Below, piece after piece: positions 28,529 through 41,967 of a stretch of 64,000 nt of DNA. The notes beneath the pieces are model-generated. The model was not told the DNA's origin, did no database searches, and was given only the letters and a program-made list of their open reading frames with translations. Position numbers and translations under genes: made by a program. Origin of the DNA: Octopus sinensis (taxonomy: Eukaryota); assembly GCF_006345805.1 (NCBI RefSeq), contig NC_043006.1, positions 76,818,001 through 76,882,000 on the forward strand. The letters are read 5' to 3'. Every line of letters starts with the position of its first letter. The stretch's first letter is position 1.

Positions 28529-28909
28529 ATGGAAGCACTCCGTCGGTTACGACGACGAGGGTTCCGGTTGAACCGATCAACGGAACAGCCTGCTCGTGAA
28601 ATTAACGTGTAAGTGGCTGAGCACTCCACAGACACGTGTACCCTTAACTTAGTTCTCGGGGATATTCAGCGTGACACAGAGAGTGACAAGGCCGGCCCTT
28701 TGAAATACAGGTACAACAGAAACAGGAAGTAAGAGTGAGAGAAAGGTGTGGTGAAAGAGTACAGCAGGGATCACCACCATCCCTGCCGGAGCCTCGTGGC
28801 GCTTTAGGTATTTTCGCTCAATAAACACTCACAACGCCCGGTCTGGGAATCGAAACCGCGATCCTACGACCGCGATACGCTTCCCTAACCACTGGGCCAT
28901 TGCGCCTCC
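28529..28909 (-). mobile_element. SINE family C, full length
   Basis: Minus strand runs from GGAGGCGCAATGGCCCAGTGGTTAGG to CGTAACCGACGGAGTGCTTCC. Confidence 0.88.
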
Positions 28910-28910
28910 G

Positions 28911-28956
<46 letters not shown>

Positions 28957-29161
28957 ATACATATATATAGGGAAAGTTTACGATAAAAACAAAAGACGAA
29001 GACAGGTGGTGTACAAAACAAACAGTTGTATTAGTATACGCTCAAGAATAGAAAAAGTCTTTTACGTTTCGAGCCTACGCTCTTCTACAGAAAGAGACAC
29101 AGTAAAAAACAAGGAGAGAAACAAGGAGAGAAAAAAATGTGTGTAGTGGCTAATGATCTAT

Positions 29162-29368
29162 CGTGGGTGCTGAAAAGTCCTTGGCTTTAAGGGTATCGCG
29201 TAAAGTTTGGATGCAGGCCCTTCCGAGTCCCTTTACAGGGGTTAAAAAAACCGAAGGACCGCTGCAAAGTGTGCGAATCTGAGGGGAGAGTATATTGAAA
29301 AGAATCACAATTAACTGGTCGTCCTGCATTTTCTTTTACCCAAAGCCAGGAACTTTTCAGCCTCTACT
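29162..29368. mobile_element. Small mariner-type MITE, about 205 bp
   Basis: Left GTGGGTGCTGAAAAGTCCTTGGCTTT is mirrored by right AAAGCCAGGAACTTTTCAGCCTCTAC. Confidence 0.65.
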
Positions 29369-30240
29369 TCGGATTTAGAAGGTGAGATCTAAAATAAAGT
29401 TGTAATTTTCTCTGTACGTATTTTTCTTATTGTTAAATACTCTGAATTTCTCTAAATTCTACGACAGGATAGGTGGATTTACCTGTCATGCATGATTTAC
29501 CTGAGACATGCATTCTACATACATTTGCTGGTATCTTATTGCTGAACATATAACCAAATTCTTTTCATACTGTGTGCTTTATTGATACCTGCCAAAATTT
29601 TTAATCCCAGTTTTTCTTCTAACAATATCACTCATCTGACTCTTTCGCCCTCTTCATGACCACGTGTCCGGTGATGATCTAACTCGGTGTCATTGTTTTT
29701 CGCGTTGCCTTCAACCGAATCAGTCACACTTCTGTGTGTTCCTCACTCTGCTTTTCCCTTATGTTTAGTCCTTTAGGATAATTTTCATTTCTCCTTTCTG
29801 TTTCTCCACATTTGTCTGTTCCATAGCCCACAGCCTTTATTTTTTTTTTGTATATGCATTATTATTATTTTTTGCTGCATATGTATTATTATTTTGTTGT
29901 TGCTTTCGCCTCGCCATAAAGCCATACGCTATTTATTTATTTCTTTTTCTTTTTGTTCCTCGTCCGTCCACTAACAGTCTCGTCACAAATTACTTTTATC
30001 TATTTTCATACGTCCATTTTTGTATTTCTTGCCCATCCTGGTTTGTCTATCTCGTTTTGTTTTGTTGCGTATTGGTCGCATTCACAGCAAGTTTTCTTGT
30101 TGGTTGCCTCCAGAGTGGAATCAATATTATCGATAATGACACGAAATTGCGCTCGACACACTGGCCGATAACTGATGAGGAGTTGGTTACCTTCTGTGTC
30201 TTTTTACCATTTGCTTATTACTGTATATGTTGACTTCTGA

Positions 30241-30284
<44 letters not shown>

Positions 30285-30287
30285 ACA

Positions 30288-30626
30288 CAAATAAGTAAAA
30301 AGAATGTCCATGCATCGATGCATTACGGCTGTTTCAAGCGGCTTCATTTAACTGATCAATGAAAACATTACTTCAATTTGAAAGAACCCACTCTCCTCAG
30401 AGCAGATGACTATATAGATTTCCAACATCAAGGATAAATCAATTTTAGCATTTATAGCAAATTTATATAAATTTGCTACAAATGCTAAAAATGGTTTATT
30501 CTTTATATTGGAAATGAGGAGAGCTGTTTCTTTCAAGTTGAAGTAATGTTTTCATTGATCAATTAAATGGAGCCGCTTGAAACGGGCGTAATGCATCGAA
30601 ACCGGGACATCCTTTTTTGTTATTTG
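30288..30626. mobile_element. Spacerless palindromic element or MITE, about 340 bp
   Basis: Arms are reverse complements around a perfect 24-bp core, TAGCAAATTTATATAAATTTGCTA (30455-30478). Confidence 0.8.
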
Positions 30627-30719
30627 CATTTTGTTGACCTAACTTCGAGCTGCATGCACTATACCGAACTGGCTTAAGTTCCTAATTCAACTCAATCTTA
30701 TATATATATATATATATAA

Positions 30720-30990
30720 ATACAAAAATGGTACAAGAGCGCAAAACATTCAGGCAGTTAGGTGATTCAAAAAAGAGACAACAAAACATCCAGACAGAAG
30801 ATACAAAGAAAACAAGGACGGGTCATTCGGAGTTTTCTTTCCTCAGTCGAGTTCCAGATTATCTTTGGAATTTCGTTGGTTATACTCGAAATTGCTCCAA
30901 TCTGGCTAGCCCCAAGGAAAAACTAAGCTAAGAGAATAGATTCCTTGGAAGAAAGCAGCGAGTGTATACGAAAACAAGGACGGAAAAACA
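30720..30990 (+). repeat. Unclassified dispersed repeat; second copy at about 39335-39625
   Basis: Shared blocks GACGGGTCA.TCG, CAGTCG, GCCCCAAGGAAAA, ATTTCTTGGAA/ATTCCTTGGAA and TGTATACG in both copies. Confidence 0.7.
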
Positions 30991-32282
30991 CACACACACA
31001 CACACATATGAGAACTCTTTAAGCATGTGGAGGAATTACAACCGTGTTTCGTGGTCTGCTACCACAACACCTCCTTTATAGGATCCAGTTAGCTCAAGAC
31101 ATCATCAGGAGGAACGACGTCCGGTTTCGGCCCCTACTCCTCTACCATTTTGGCGTGGCGCCCCCCACTCTTTCGGAAGTGTCTTCTTTCTTCTGTTCCC
31201 TGGCCTCTTCGATGTATCGTCAGCGAGTGTCAGCCGGTGACTGACTGACTTGTCAAATTTTCCCTTCAAATACTTGCCGTAGACTCCAGCAGGCAGCCCC
31301 AGCAAGTTGTCACATGACACTGTCTCCCCTTAACTGGCTAGTGAAGGCGCATAGTTTTAGCCCGCGCATTCTCTAAACGACCGTCACCTGTCAGTCAGCG
31401 AAGCTGATTCAGTGTCAGCTTGTCTCACCTAGTGATGTTATTTCCCGCCTGCGTGTTTATGACTTTCAAGCCATTTTCGGTCTTCCCGCTTCAGCCATAT
31501 ATAGAAGCTGGCTTTTTCGACCGCCTCCTGTACTCTCCTTATTAGTTCTCGCAGCTCGGAGTTAGAAAAAAACAAATCTTCTTTTGAAAAGCGTTGCCAT
31601 TTTCCTTTCAATGAAGCCTCTAGCCCCCACTGCCAGGTGATAATTTTATTAAATACACGACTATATTCAAGTTTTACCTTTTTATCTTACGTTCTTATCA
31701 AATTATTGCAGAATCCTTAGAAAAGTAGATTTCCTAAATATCCGAATTTTCCATATATCATCGCAGTCGTATTATCGGGAATTGAATTGAATACAGTTGA
31801 CGTTTGTGTTGTTCTTTATATTCTCTTTAGGGAAAATAATAAACGTCACATACGGATTATGGAACTCCAGATAAGTGTAAGAAACTAATGAGAAAATATG
31901 AAAAATATAAAATAAAAGAGATAAGACTTGAACACAGCTGTTTATTTAATGAAACGTGCTTTAAAATATCTGCTCCCCGTTTTATGAACATGTAATTAAA
32001 CTTTGCAACAGCTAAAACGGTAATATAACAAGCGACTCAAACGCCAAATATTTTCCCTTCAATCCTTGATAATGCGATTGTGAAGGTAGAAAAGTCGAGC
32101 ATGGATTTAGGAAACATCCATAAAAATCTAAAAAAATAATAAAACTATGATAAGAACGTTAAAACTCAACATAGGAGTGTATTTAATAATACACATACAA
32201 ACACACACACATATATATATATGGTGTGCATGCATATTTTTATTATTTATATCTATGTACAATACGTGTTTATTCATATATG

Positions 32283-32336
<54 letters not shown>

Positions 32337-32488
32337 TATATGTATGTGTGCATGTGTATGAGTGTGTGTGTGTATGCGTTTATTATACATAAATTTAGTT
32401 TAACAGCTATTTATGTATCTATCTATCTATATATATTATATATATATGTACATGCTTATGTGTGTGAGTATATATATATATATATATA

Positions 32489-32540
<52 letters not shown>

Positions 32541-32733
32541 ATATATATATATGTGTGTGCATATATATATGTATGTGTGTTGTAGTGTGTGTGTGTCCCT
32601 GTGCATGTGTGTGCATATGTGTGAGAAGTAAGGAAGTGTTTTCGCCGTTTAGGCCAGCTTCGTCCTTGTAAAAATGTCTTGATAACAAAAGAAAAATTTA
32701 TATATACATACATACATACCTACATATATATGC

Positions 32734-32789
<56 letters not shown>

Positions 32790-32796
32790 TATACAT

Positions 32797-32844
<48 letters not shown>

Positions 32845-33673
32845 TATATACACTTATAATACACTTATAGAAAAAGCAGCAGCAAGGAAAATAATAGCCG
32901 TACCGAAGTAGGCGAGAGCAAGTGGTTTCTAGTTGAGAATTATGAATATATTAGATGACAGATGTCGGGCATGCCCGGAAGGAACTGGCGTGGGAGACCT
33001 AATAATGTGTATATTTATAGGTTTATGTGAGTGTTTAAGTGTATAAAATCGTATTTGTCTGTCAATTTAAGTATATGTAAGCCTGTGTGTACACAAGTGG
33101 AGAATTTGCCTATATCAGGAGTTGTGTAGGAGTGCGTATGTGTGTTTATAAAGGCGAGAATGGAGCGGGCTGAGATAATGTGAGTGATTAGGTTGTTAAC
33201 GACTTGATCATGTGATCGCGTGTATGTGTTATATTGACATAACAGAATGGTGTGATATAAATACAAGCATGTTTATGGGTATAATGAGCAGCAAGCGTTA
33301 TTGATGGTGGAGGATGTGGATCGAGAAATGGCTACGAAAAAGACCCTATTAGTCATAGAAAGATATTTTTGGTGTCAACAAAACATAATCGTGCGTTGGT
33401 GGCTTCTACATGTCATCTTAACGTGACAAAATTCTTTGATCCTAAGTATATCTTGATCAAGGCTGGCCACGGACTTGCGCAACAGCAACCTTTGTAAGTT
33501 TTAGGAAGTTTTATAGGAATATCTGTTTCTAAATTTTCTAACAATCTCTAGGTTAAGGTGAATGCAGAAATATATACTTTCACCTTCTAACATTATATGT
33601 GAATGCATATATAATGTATTTTTGTCTGTAGGTATGCATGTATGTATATATAAATATATATATATATATATTA

Positions 33674-34103
33674 GGCGTAGGAGTGGCTGTGTGGTAAATA
33701 GGTTGCTTACGAACCACATGGTTCCGGGTTCAGTCCCAGTGCGTGGCACCTTGGGCAAGTGTCTTCTACTATAGCCTCGGGCCGATCAAATCCTTGTGAG
33801 TGGATTTGGTAGACGGAAACTGAAAGACGTCCGTCGTATATATGCATATATGTATGTGTGTATGTGTGTGTGTGTGTATATGTTTGTGTGTATGTGTTTG
33901 TCCCCCCCTCTCCCAACGTCGCTTGACAACCGATGCTGGTGTGTTTACGTCCCCGTAACCTGGCGGTTCGGCAAGAAGAGTCCGATAGAATAAGTACTAG
34001 GCTTACGAAGAATAAGTCCTGGGGTCGATTTGCTCGACTAAAGGCGGTGCTCCAGCATGGCCACAGTCAAATGACTGAAACAAGTAAAAGAGTAAAAGAG
34101 TAA
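33674..34103 (+). mobile_element. SINE family A, full length
   Basis: Clean head, body and (GTAAAAGA)2 tail. Confidence 0.92.
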
Positions 34104-34501
34104 TGTGTGTGTGTGTGTTCAGTATGTATAGATATATAGTATTTTTGTTTGTACGCATGCGTGTGTCAGTGGGCGTGCGCATACACATATGTATGCATGC
34201 GTGTATGTATGTGTGTAAATATGAATGTGTCTGTGTGCCGGTTTATGTGCCTATGCATGTTTGTACGGATGTGTGGATGTGTGTTTTCATGTGTCCTTGT
34301 GTGCGTGTGTGTATATGGTCATGTTTTTCAGTCTTCATTTGTATACATCTATGTATGTATATCTGTTTGTGGGTGTGCCCGTCTTTCCATTCTACATATG
34401 AACCCATCTATCTGTATATCTATCTGTCTATATACATATACACATACATATACATATACACATACATATACATATACACATACATATACATATACACATA
34501 C

Positions 34502-34609
34502 AAAGCGCCCGCTGACTTTTGCTTCTCTAAAACATTGTTCTTTAAAACCAAACACAAAACGAGGTATTAAACCTCTTTCAACTTCTTAACACAGCCGCGC
34601 CTGCGCCTA
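34502..34609 (-). mobile_element. Chimera: SINE A-type head fused to a Tx1-like 3' region fragment
   Basis: 34502-34585 aligns to 55640-55760; 34582-34609 is the reverse complement of TAGGCGCAGGCGCGGCTGTGTTAAGAAG. Confidence 0.7.
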
Positions 34610-35081
34610 TACATAAGTATACGCCTACGTATATGCACGAATTTATGTAGTTATATAAACATATACAAATATTTGTTGCTGCTCCCTGCACTCTTCGTCA
34701 CATTTTAGTGACGGTAAATTACTTCCGTTTGGGTTTTGAACTGCTTCTAGCAACCTTAATTATTTTAGTCAGCCTGTAATGATATGCATAAGATCTGGTC
34801 ATCAAATCTAAGTAGAGATTTCAAACTTAAAATCTTCAAAGCCACAGTCGAACCAATTCTACTATATGGCTCAGAAACCTGGTCGTTATCAAAGAAGCTT
34901 GAGAGGCGGTTGGATGGAACTTACACTCGCCTTCTTACGAGAGCTCAAAATCTCTCGTAGAAGCGTCATCCAACCAAAGTACAAATATATGGGAAACTAC
35001 CACCTGTATCATCTCTTGGGAAAGGTAGTAGAGTCCAGTTTGCTGGACATTGTTGTAGAGCTGAAAACGAATTAATTTCTA

Positions 35082-35268
35082 CTCTTCTCTTCTGGAAGCC
35101 ATCTGCTCGTGATACCAGAGGGCGCACACTCTCCTACCCTGATGTAATCTCCAGGGATACAGGCATCCAGCAACAGGACCTCCGTAATGCTATGATGGAG
35201 CGTGAAGTCTGGCGTAACATAGTAAATTCCATTGTCTCGACCACGGTCGAACAATGGTGATGGTAATT
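35082..35268 (+). mobile_element. 5'-truncated 3' end of an RTE-group LINE
   Basis: Translates LLFWKPSARDTRGRTLSYPDVISRDTG...AMMEREVWRNIV, fitting the W.P...G.....Y.D....D.G...M.DR..WR C-terminal pattern of RTE ORFs. Confidence 0.65.
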
Positions 35269-36234
35269 ATCTTATAATTTTCACATTAACATTTTGCGGA
35301 ATCAGCCATTTATTCCTAAGATAAATTCTATAAATACTGACAAGGTAAACTTCAGTTTCACAACGCGCATCTAATAAACATTAACGATGAGCATTAATTT
35401 CCATGCGAAATTAGCATGCCAATCTAAAAACCTCGCTTGCTGTAGGGAGGTTGTCTCTTCTGTCAGTGAATAGAACATGTGCTTTGTGGCTAAAAGTCTA
35501 TGACTCTTTTTTCTAGCAACGCTGATACTCTCTGCATCCTTCGTCACATTTTAGTGACGGTGAGTTATTTCCTTTTTGGCTTTGGATTGCGTCTAGCTAA
35601 CTTAATTAGTTTTATATTCAAATACGCTTGTGTGTCTGGTCCCAAAACCAGTGTTGTCAAGTAACTTAAAATACCAGTTTGAAAAAAAAACTGGATTTTA
35701 TATAATCGACGATATAAAAAATAAGCTTATTTTCCCAGAATTACAAGATCATAAAAATAGAAAGAACGAAACTGGTATATTATAAGTAGTTTGGTTACCT
35801 CAGTTAAATTTAATTCTCCCATACAATACTTCAGAAAAACGTCAACAACAGATTTTAGTTCATGACCGAAATTACTCGGCTCACAATTTTTTTGTCCTAT
35901 GGACTATCTAGTTTTTTTTTTCGTTTTTTTTCTTTTTGAATCTCCATCATTTCCTGTTTTTACGTACGAGATTCTGTATTTGATGAGTTTTGCTTGCAAG
36001 ATTACCAACACAATATATGCATTATTCTCTCTCTCCCTCTTTGAATGAATGGCAGATGGGCATTGGAGCGTTTATGTATGTATGTATAGATATGTGTGTG
36101 TGTGTGTATGTGTGTAAAGAAGCGGTGTATTTCCACGCAGGAAAAAATATAGGATGATTTGTTTTTGAAAATGCACCTGAATTTGAAAAGTAGCTTGCTT
36201 ACCAACAACATTGTTCCGGTCTCTGATATAAATA

Positions 36235-36272
<38 letters not shown>

Positions 36273-36289
36273 TGTGTGTGTGTGTGTTA

Positions 36290-38479
36290 GGAAAGTGCAT
36301 ATGAATACGCAGGGGAAATTATAGGATAATTTGTTTTTGAAAAGGCACTGAATTTGAAAAACTTGTTGTTTTAAATAAATTTATTTACATATATCCCAAA
36401 CTAGTTTAAGCATTTTTTTTTTGTTCATGAATGGTACAAATATTTATAAACAATTTTATTTTAAAAGAATTTAAAATCATAAAGCAGAAAACACTTTAAT
36501 AGATTAAATGTTCACAAAATTCAATGACAGGTGTAGATAATATCAAAACTGATCGGCGAATGAAATAATACTGAAAGTTCGGTCATACTGAGTTATTATA
36601 GCATTAGGGGACAAGACAAGGAAAGAATAAAAAAGAAAGAAGAGAATAAGAAAAGGGGATTATTTTACAGTTTCTGTCCCCTTGCATGTAGTTCATTATT
36701 CCGTCGCGCACAGGGCTTTTTGCCTTTAACGGAGTCTTTTGAAATCAGAGAATATCTTCTGAAGGGATACGTGAAAGGATGTAATATTTGATTCGTTATA
36801 ATTCTGATGACGTCTTATTCATTCCGGTTGATGTTTTTGATAAGAAAATAGATTTTGTTCTGGCATTAGTATATCCGTTGGTTTGTTGTTCGTTCGGTAA
36901 GTCGGCTGGTTGATTGATTGGCTGGTTGGTTGATTGCTTGGTTGGTTCCCTAGGTACATTTTGGTTATCTCACTCTATTAAAAAATTAACATTAAAAATT
37001 AGGTTACCACCCCACTAAAAAATTGAGTTTGTGGAGATGAGATTGAATTAAAATTGTTAGATCCCTTTGATTCAATACTTCAACATGCTGTTGACGATTG
37101 ACCTCCTCAGTAAGTACGGCATGATTTGATATAAAAATGTTATTAGATTCAATAACATGAATATTTTTTGTCAGTTGTTGTATTTATAAATTTTTTTAAA
37201 ATTTTCATTTATATTCTATTTCTTAATTTTTTTCTTTTGTCTTATTAAGTGTTAAACAATATCTTTATGTGGGTGAGATAAACAAAATTTCCGATATTTT
37301 TCATACAACTGGGGGAGTTAACCCAATTTTTAAATAGGGGTGAGATAAGCAAATAGTACCGGTTCCCTGTACATAGGAACAGGTTTTGATGAGTAATTAC
37401 GTTTCGTGACGTCACTATTTTGATAAATAACCTGCTTTTTTATTGGTCAAGCTTGGTTTTCTGTTTGGTTGACTTCTCATGTTTAATGAAAAATATCAGT
37501 CCTTTCGGTTATCTCCCACAACTAAAGAAAGTGTTTAACACTTAATAAAACAAAACAAAAAAATGGAAAGCAATTAACATGAAAACTGAGATAAATACTA
37601 AAAACGAAAACTGAAAATAATTAAGCATCTTATTGAATCTAATAACATTTTTATAACAAATTATATCATGCCTATTTAGGAGGCTAAACGTCAAGGACAT
37701 ATGTTGAAGTATTGAATCAAAAGGATCTCACATTTATTAATTCAATGTCTTGTCGCCACAAGCTCGATTTTTTAGTGGGGAGGTAATCCAATTTTGTAAT
37801 GGTGATTTTTAATGGGTGTGAGATAACCAAAAAGTACTCAGGGACTCAATCAACAACCCAAACAACCAACCGACAAACCAACGAAAGCACTAACGCCAAA
37901 GCAAATACTATTTTTTGATGAAAAACATCCAATAGAAAGAATATGACTTCATTGGAATTATAACGAATCACATATTAAATCTTTTTACATATCGCTTTAG
38001 AAGATATACTCTGACTCCAAAACACTTCGTTAATAGCGAAAACCCCTGTACGCGACGGATTAAAGAATTACACACAAGGCGACAGAAACTGTAAAACAAA
38101 AGAAAAAAAAACATTTATTATTTACTTCTTTCCTTTTTCTGTCAGGTACACGTATTCTATAATAGTTCGGTATGACCGAACGTTAGTAATCTATACTTTT
38201 TATATTGCTCGCCGATCATTTTTGATATTATCTACACCTGTCATTGAATTCCGTGAACATTTAACCAGTTAAAAGTGCATTCTACATCCTAATTTCCAAT
38301 TCTGTTAAAATAAAATTGTTTATACATATTTGTACCATTCATGAACAAAAAAAAATGCTTTAACTAGTTTGGGATATATGTAAATAAATTTATTTAAAAA
38401 CAACAAGATTTTCAAATTCAGTGCCTTTTCAAAAACAAATTATCCCAAATTTTCTCCTGCGTATACATACGCACTTTCC
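36290..38479. mobile_element. Foldback-type non-autonomous element, 2,190 bp, with about 1-kb inverted arms and a spacer of about 170 bp
   Basis: TA|GGAAAGTGC...GCACTTTCC|TA; arm 36290-37310 is the diverged reverse complement of 37480-38479; no ORF. Confidence 0.85.
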
Positions 38480-38756
38480 TAAACGCGGAGTAGATGAAAC
38501 GGGGACACCTGAAGAAGGGGAATATTCCTTGTGTTGTATGTCTTGTACTCTGTTTTTTTCATTGATTGAAAAAAAATTCGTTTCTATGTTTTTGTTTTTA
38601 TGTTTTCGTTTCTCATCGTGTGCAACGTTTTTTTTTTTGATGTCCTGTACCCATATATGCATGTATATATACATATATATGTAGGTATGTACATATATAT
38701 ATGTATATATGTATATATTTATATACCATTTATCTTATTATGTATATATACACATA

Positions 38757-38918
38757 GGCGCAGGAGTGGCTGTGTGGTAAGTAGCTTGCTAACCAACCAC
38801 ATGGTTCCGGGTTCAGTCCCACAGCGTGGCATCTTGGGCAAGTGTCTCCTGCTATAGCCCCGGGCCGACCAATGCCTTGTGAGTGAATTTGGTAGACGGA
38901 AACTGAAAGAAACCTGTC

Positions 38919-38999
<81 letters not shown>

Positions 39000-39222
39000 G
39001 TGTGTGTGTGTGTTTGTGTGTCTGTGTTTCTCCGCCTAGCATTGCCTGACAACCGATGCTGGTGTGTTTACGTCCCAGTCACTTAGTGGTTCGGCAAAAA
39101 AGACCGATAGAATAAGTACTGGGCTTACAAAGAATAAGTTCCGGGGTCGATTTGCTCGACTACAGGCGGTGCTCCAGCATGACCGCAGTCAAATGACTGA
39201 TACAAGTAAAAGAGTAAAAGAG
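38757..39222 (+). mobile_element. SINE family A, full length
   Basis: Clean head, body and tail. Confidence 0.92.
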
Positions 39223-39237
39223 TATACACATACATAG

Positions 39238-39292
<55 letters not shown>

Positions 39293-39829
39293 ATATATAT
39301 AATATATATATATGTATAGAAATTAAATATAAAATATAAATTACAATGTGGGACAAGAACGCAAAAACACACAAAGAGACGACACAAAAAAACAGACGGG
39401 TCACTCGAAGCCTCTAATCTTCAGTCGGGAACCGGATCATCTTAGTAATTTCGGCTGTTTAATCTCGATATTACTCCGAACCGGCCAGCCCCAAGGAAAA
39501 ACCAAGCCACAGGCATTGGATTTCTTGGAAAGAGGATCGAATGTATACGGAACAAAGACAGGATGCCACACGAATATAAATACAAGAAACAAAAATAGAA
39601 ATAAAAAACAGAAATAAAAAACACGAATGGTGGACAGTACGACTTTAGACAATTTTTTATTTATCTTGGCTGGCGTATATGAAAAAAGCCTTTACGGCAA
39701 AAACGAAAACAACGTTAACGTGGCCGCGGTCAAGCCGAAAAGACCAGTTTGAACGCGGTCACGTGAGAGCACATTTAAAAACCTGGAACAATAGGGTTGG
39801 TAAGCAAGTTGCTTACCATGCAGCCACGC

Positions 39830-40163
39830 ATATTACATCCTTTCACGTAACCCTTCAGATGATATTCTCTGATTCCTAAACATTCCGTTAAAGGCGAAAA
39901 GCCTTGTACGCTTACAATAGAAAACTATACCCAAGACTGAAAGTCTGAAACATCCTCTTTTTTATTTTCTTCTTTTCTTTCTTTGTCTTGTCCCCTAATG
40001 CTATATAATAACTCAGTATGACCGAACTTTTAGTATTCCATACTTTATATTTTTTTCGCCGATCATTTTTGATATTATCTTTCCCTGTCATTTAATAATT
40101 TTCATTTAATAATTTTCAAAATATATCCTATATTTTCTGCTGCGCAGGAATACGCACCTTACC
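39830..40163 (-). mobile_element. Foldback family arm fragment with terminus
   Basis: Ends CTGCGCAGGAATACGCACCTTACC; reverse-complementary to 36290-36790 and to the arm starting at 43160. Confidence 0.75.
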
Positions 40164-40179
40164 ACCATATATGTATGTG

Positions 40180-40242
<63 letters not shown>

Positions 40243-40502
40243 GTATGAATATATATATATATATATGTGTGTATATATATATATATGTATATGTATATGT
40301 ATATGTATATATGTATATGTATATATTTATATGTATATGTGTATATGTATATATGTATATGTGTGTGTGTATATGTGTGTGTGTATATGTGTGTGTATGT
40401 GTGTGTGTGTGTATGTATGTATGTATATATCTATTTATATCAGTAACTGGAACAATGTGTTTGGTAAGCAAGCTACCCACCATGCAGCCACGAACAGTCG
40501 TA

Positions 40503-41360
40503 GAGGGGAACCTACAAAAAATTTCTAGCACCAGTTACGTGACTATCCTCCACAATCAAGTCCTATTCAAACAAATACAGATTTGAGCTATGAACTCTCA
40601 ATGAAAATAGAGCAAGGTTAAAAAATTAGTCAGAAACAAGACAGCTGCGACATAGGCTACGTCTTTGGCGCCGTAAGTTCGAGCTGACACAGTTGACTGG
40701 CCATGATGAAACAGTGCTCAGATCGTTTTCTGTCAACTGTCTGTAGAGAATGAATACATGCTTAAATTTATAACCATTTGTACGCTTCCCGCTACGCCCG
40801 TGCCTTAGTGTAACGTAAGAGTATATAAGTAGAAAGATAGAAAGATAGTTTCGAATAAGGCGGCGAGCTGGCAGAAACGTTAGCATGCCGGGCGAAATGC
40901 TTTGCCGTATTTCGTCTGTCGTTACGTTCGAAGTTCAACTTCCGCCGAGGTCGACTTTGCCTTTCATCCTTTCGGGGTCGATAAATTAAGTACCAGTTAC
41001 GCACTGGGTTCGATGTAATCGACTTAATCCCTTTGTCTGTCCTTGTTTGTCTCCTCTATGTTTAGCCCTTTGTGGGTTGTAAAGAAATATATATAAGTAG
41101 AAAATGCACTGAGAATAGTTAAAATATATTTGGTACCATATTTAAAGTTACCCGATTTTTAAATTTACACACTCATTTTCAAAATGTTCAAACAGGCAGA
41201 CGTGTGCTTATATCGCAGTTGTCTTACTTCTGACTAGTGTTTCAAGCTTGTCCTATTTGCATTGAGAGTTCAGAGCTCAAATATTTATTTGTTTGAATAT
41301 AACTTGATTGTAGATGTTAATCACAAAGCTGATGTTAGAAATTTCTTGTAGGTTCCCCGC
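40503..41360. mobile_element. MITE X copy 1 (about 170-bp TIRs GGGGAACCTAC...GTAGGTTCCCC), containing a SINE B insertion
   Basis: 40505-40680 is reverse-complementary to about 41200-41358; the whole is an inverted match to 42055-43049. Confidence 0.75.
40859..41089 (+). mobile_element. SINE family B with a 14-bp TSD
   Basis: TATATAAGTAGAAA at 40822-40835 and 41090-41103; the empty site is seen in the paralogous MITE near 42705-42730. Confidence 0.9.
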
Positions 41361-41741
41361 AGGAAAACTCACTAAACTTTTCGAATTATACCTATTGTAT
41401 CTGGTTACTTTTTGTGAAGAAATTCATTTTTTTCTTCCTTTTAGTGTGTGATTAAAGGACATTTACTTGTGGCTTATATATTTTAAAGAAAGCTTTCCTT
41501 ATTCAATCGGAAATGGGTTGAAGTGCTTCCAGTGCATTGATAAAGAAGAATGATTTGGTATTTCGGGTTTGTCCACACTTCCACCAGACAAATTAAACCG
41601 TGTCGGCATCATTTTCAGGCGCAAAAATATACTGTCACGTGACACTAACGCACGGACGTAGCGGGAAGCGTACAAATGGTTATAAACTTAATCATGTGTT
41701 CATCTTCTATAAACACTTGACAAAAAACACTCAGAGCACTG

Positions 41742-41967
41742 GGCGAGCTGGCAGAAACGTTAGCACGCCGGGCGAAATGCGTAGCCGTATTTCGTCCGCC
41801 GCTATGTTCTGAGTTCAAATTCCGCCGAGGTCGACTTTGCCTTTCATCCCTTTCGGGGTCGATGAATTAAGTACCAGTTACGCACTGGGGTCGATGTAAT
41901 CGACTTAATCCGTTTGTCTGTGCTTGTTTGTCCCCTCTGTGTTTAGCCCCTTGTGGGTAATAAAGAA
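41742..41967 (+). mobile_element. SINE family B inserted in a partial third copy of the MITE X internal region (about 41620-42030)
   Basis: Full head-to-tail copy; flanks rejoin to match about 42720-42880. Confidence 0.88.

Noticed and set aside
31020-31135. CTGATGA and two GAAAC..GT motifs on the minus strand, suggesting a hammerhead
   Set aside because: I could not form stem I and stem II in a consistent topology.
32966-32977. Palindrome CGGGCATGCCCG matching a p53 half-site
   Set aside because: Only one decamer with no adjacent second half-site; expected by chance in 64 kb.
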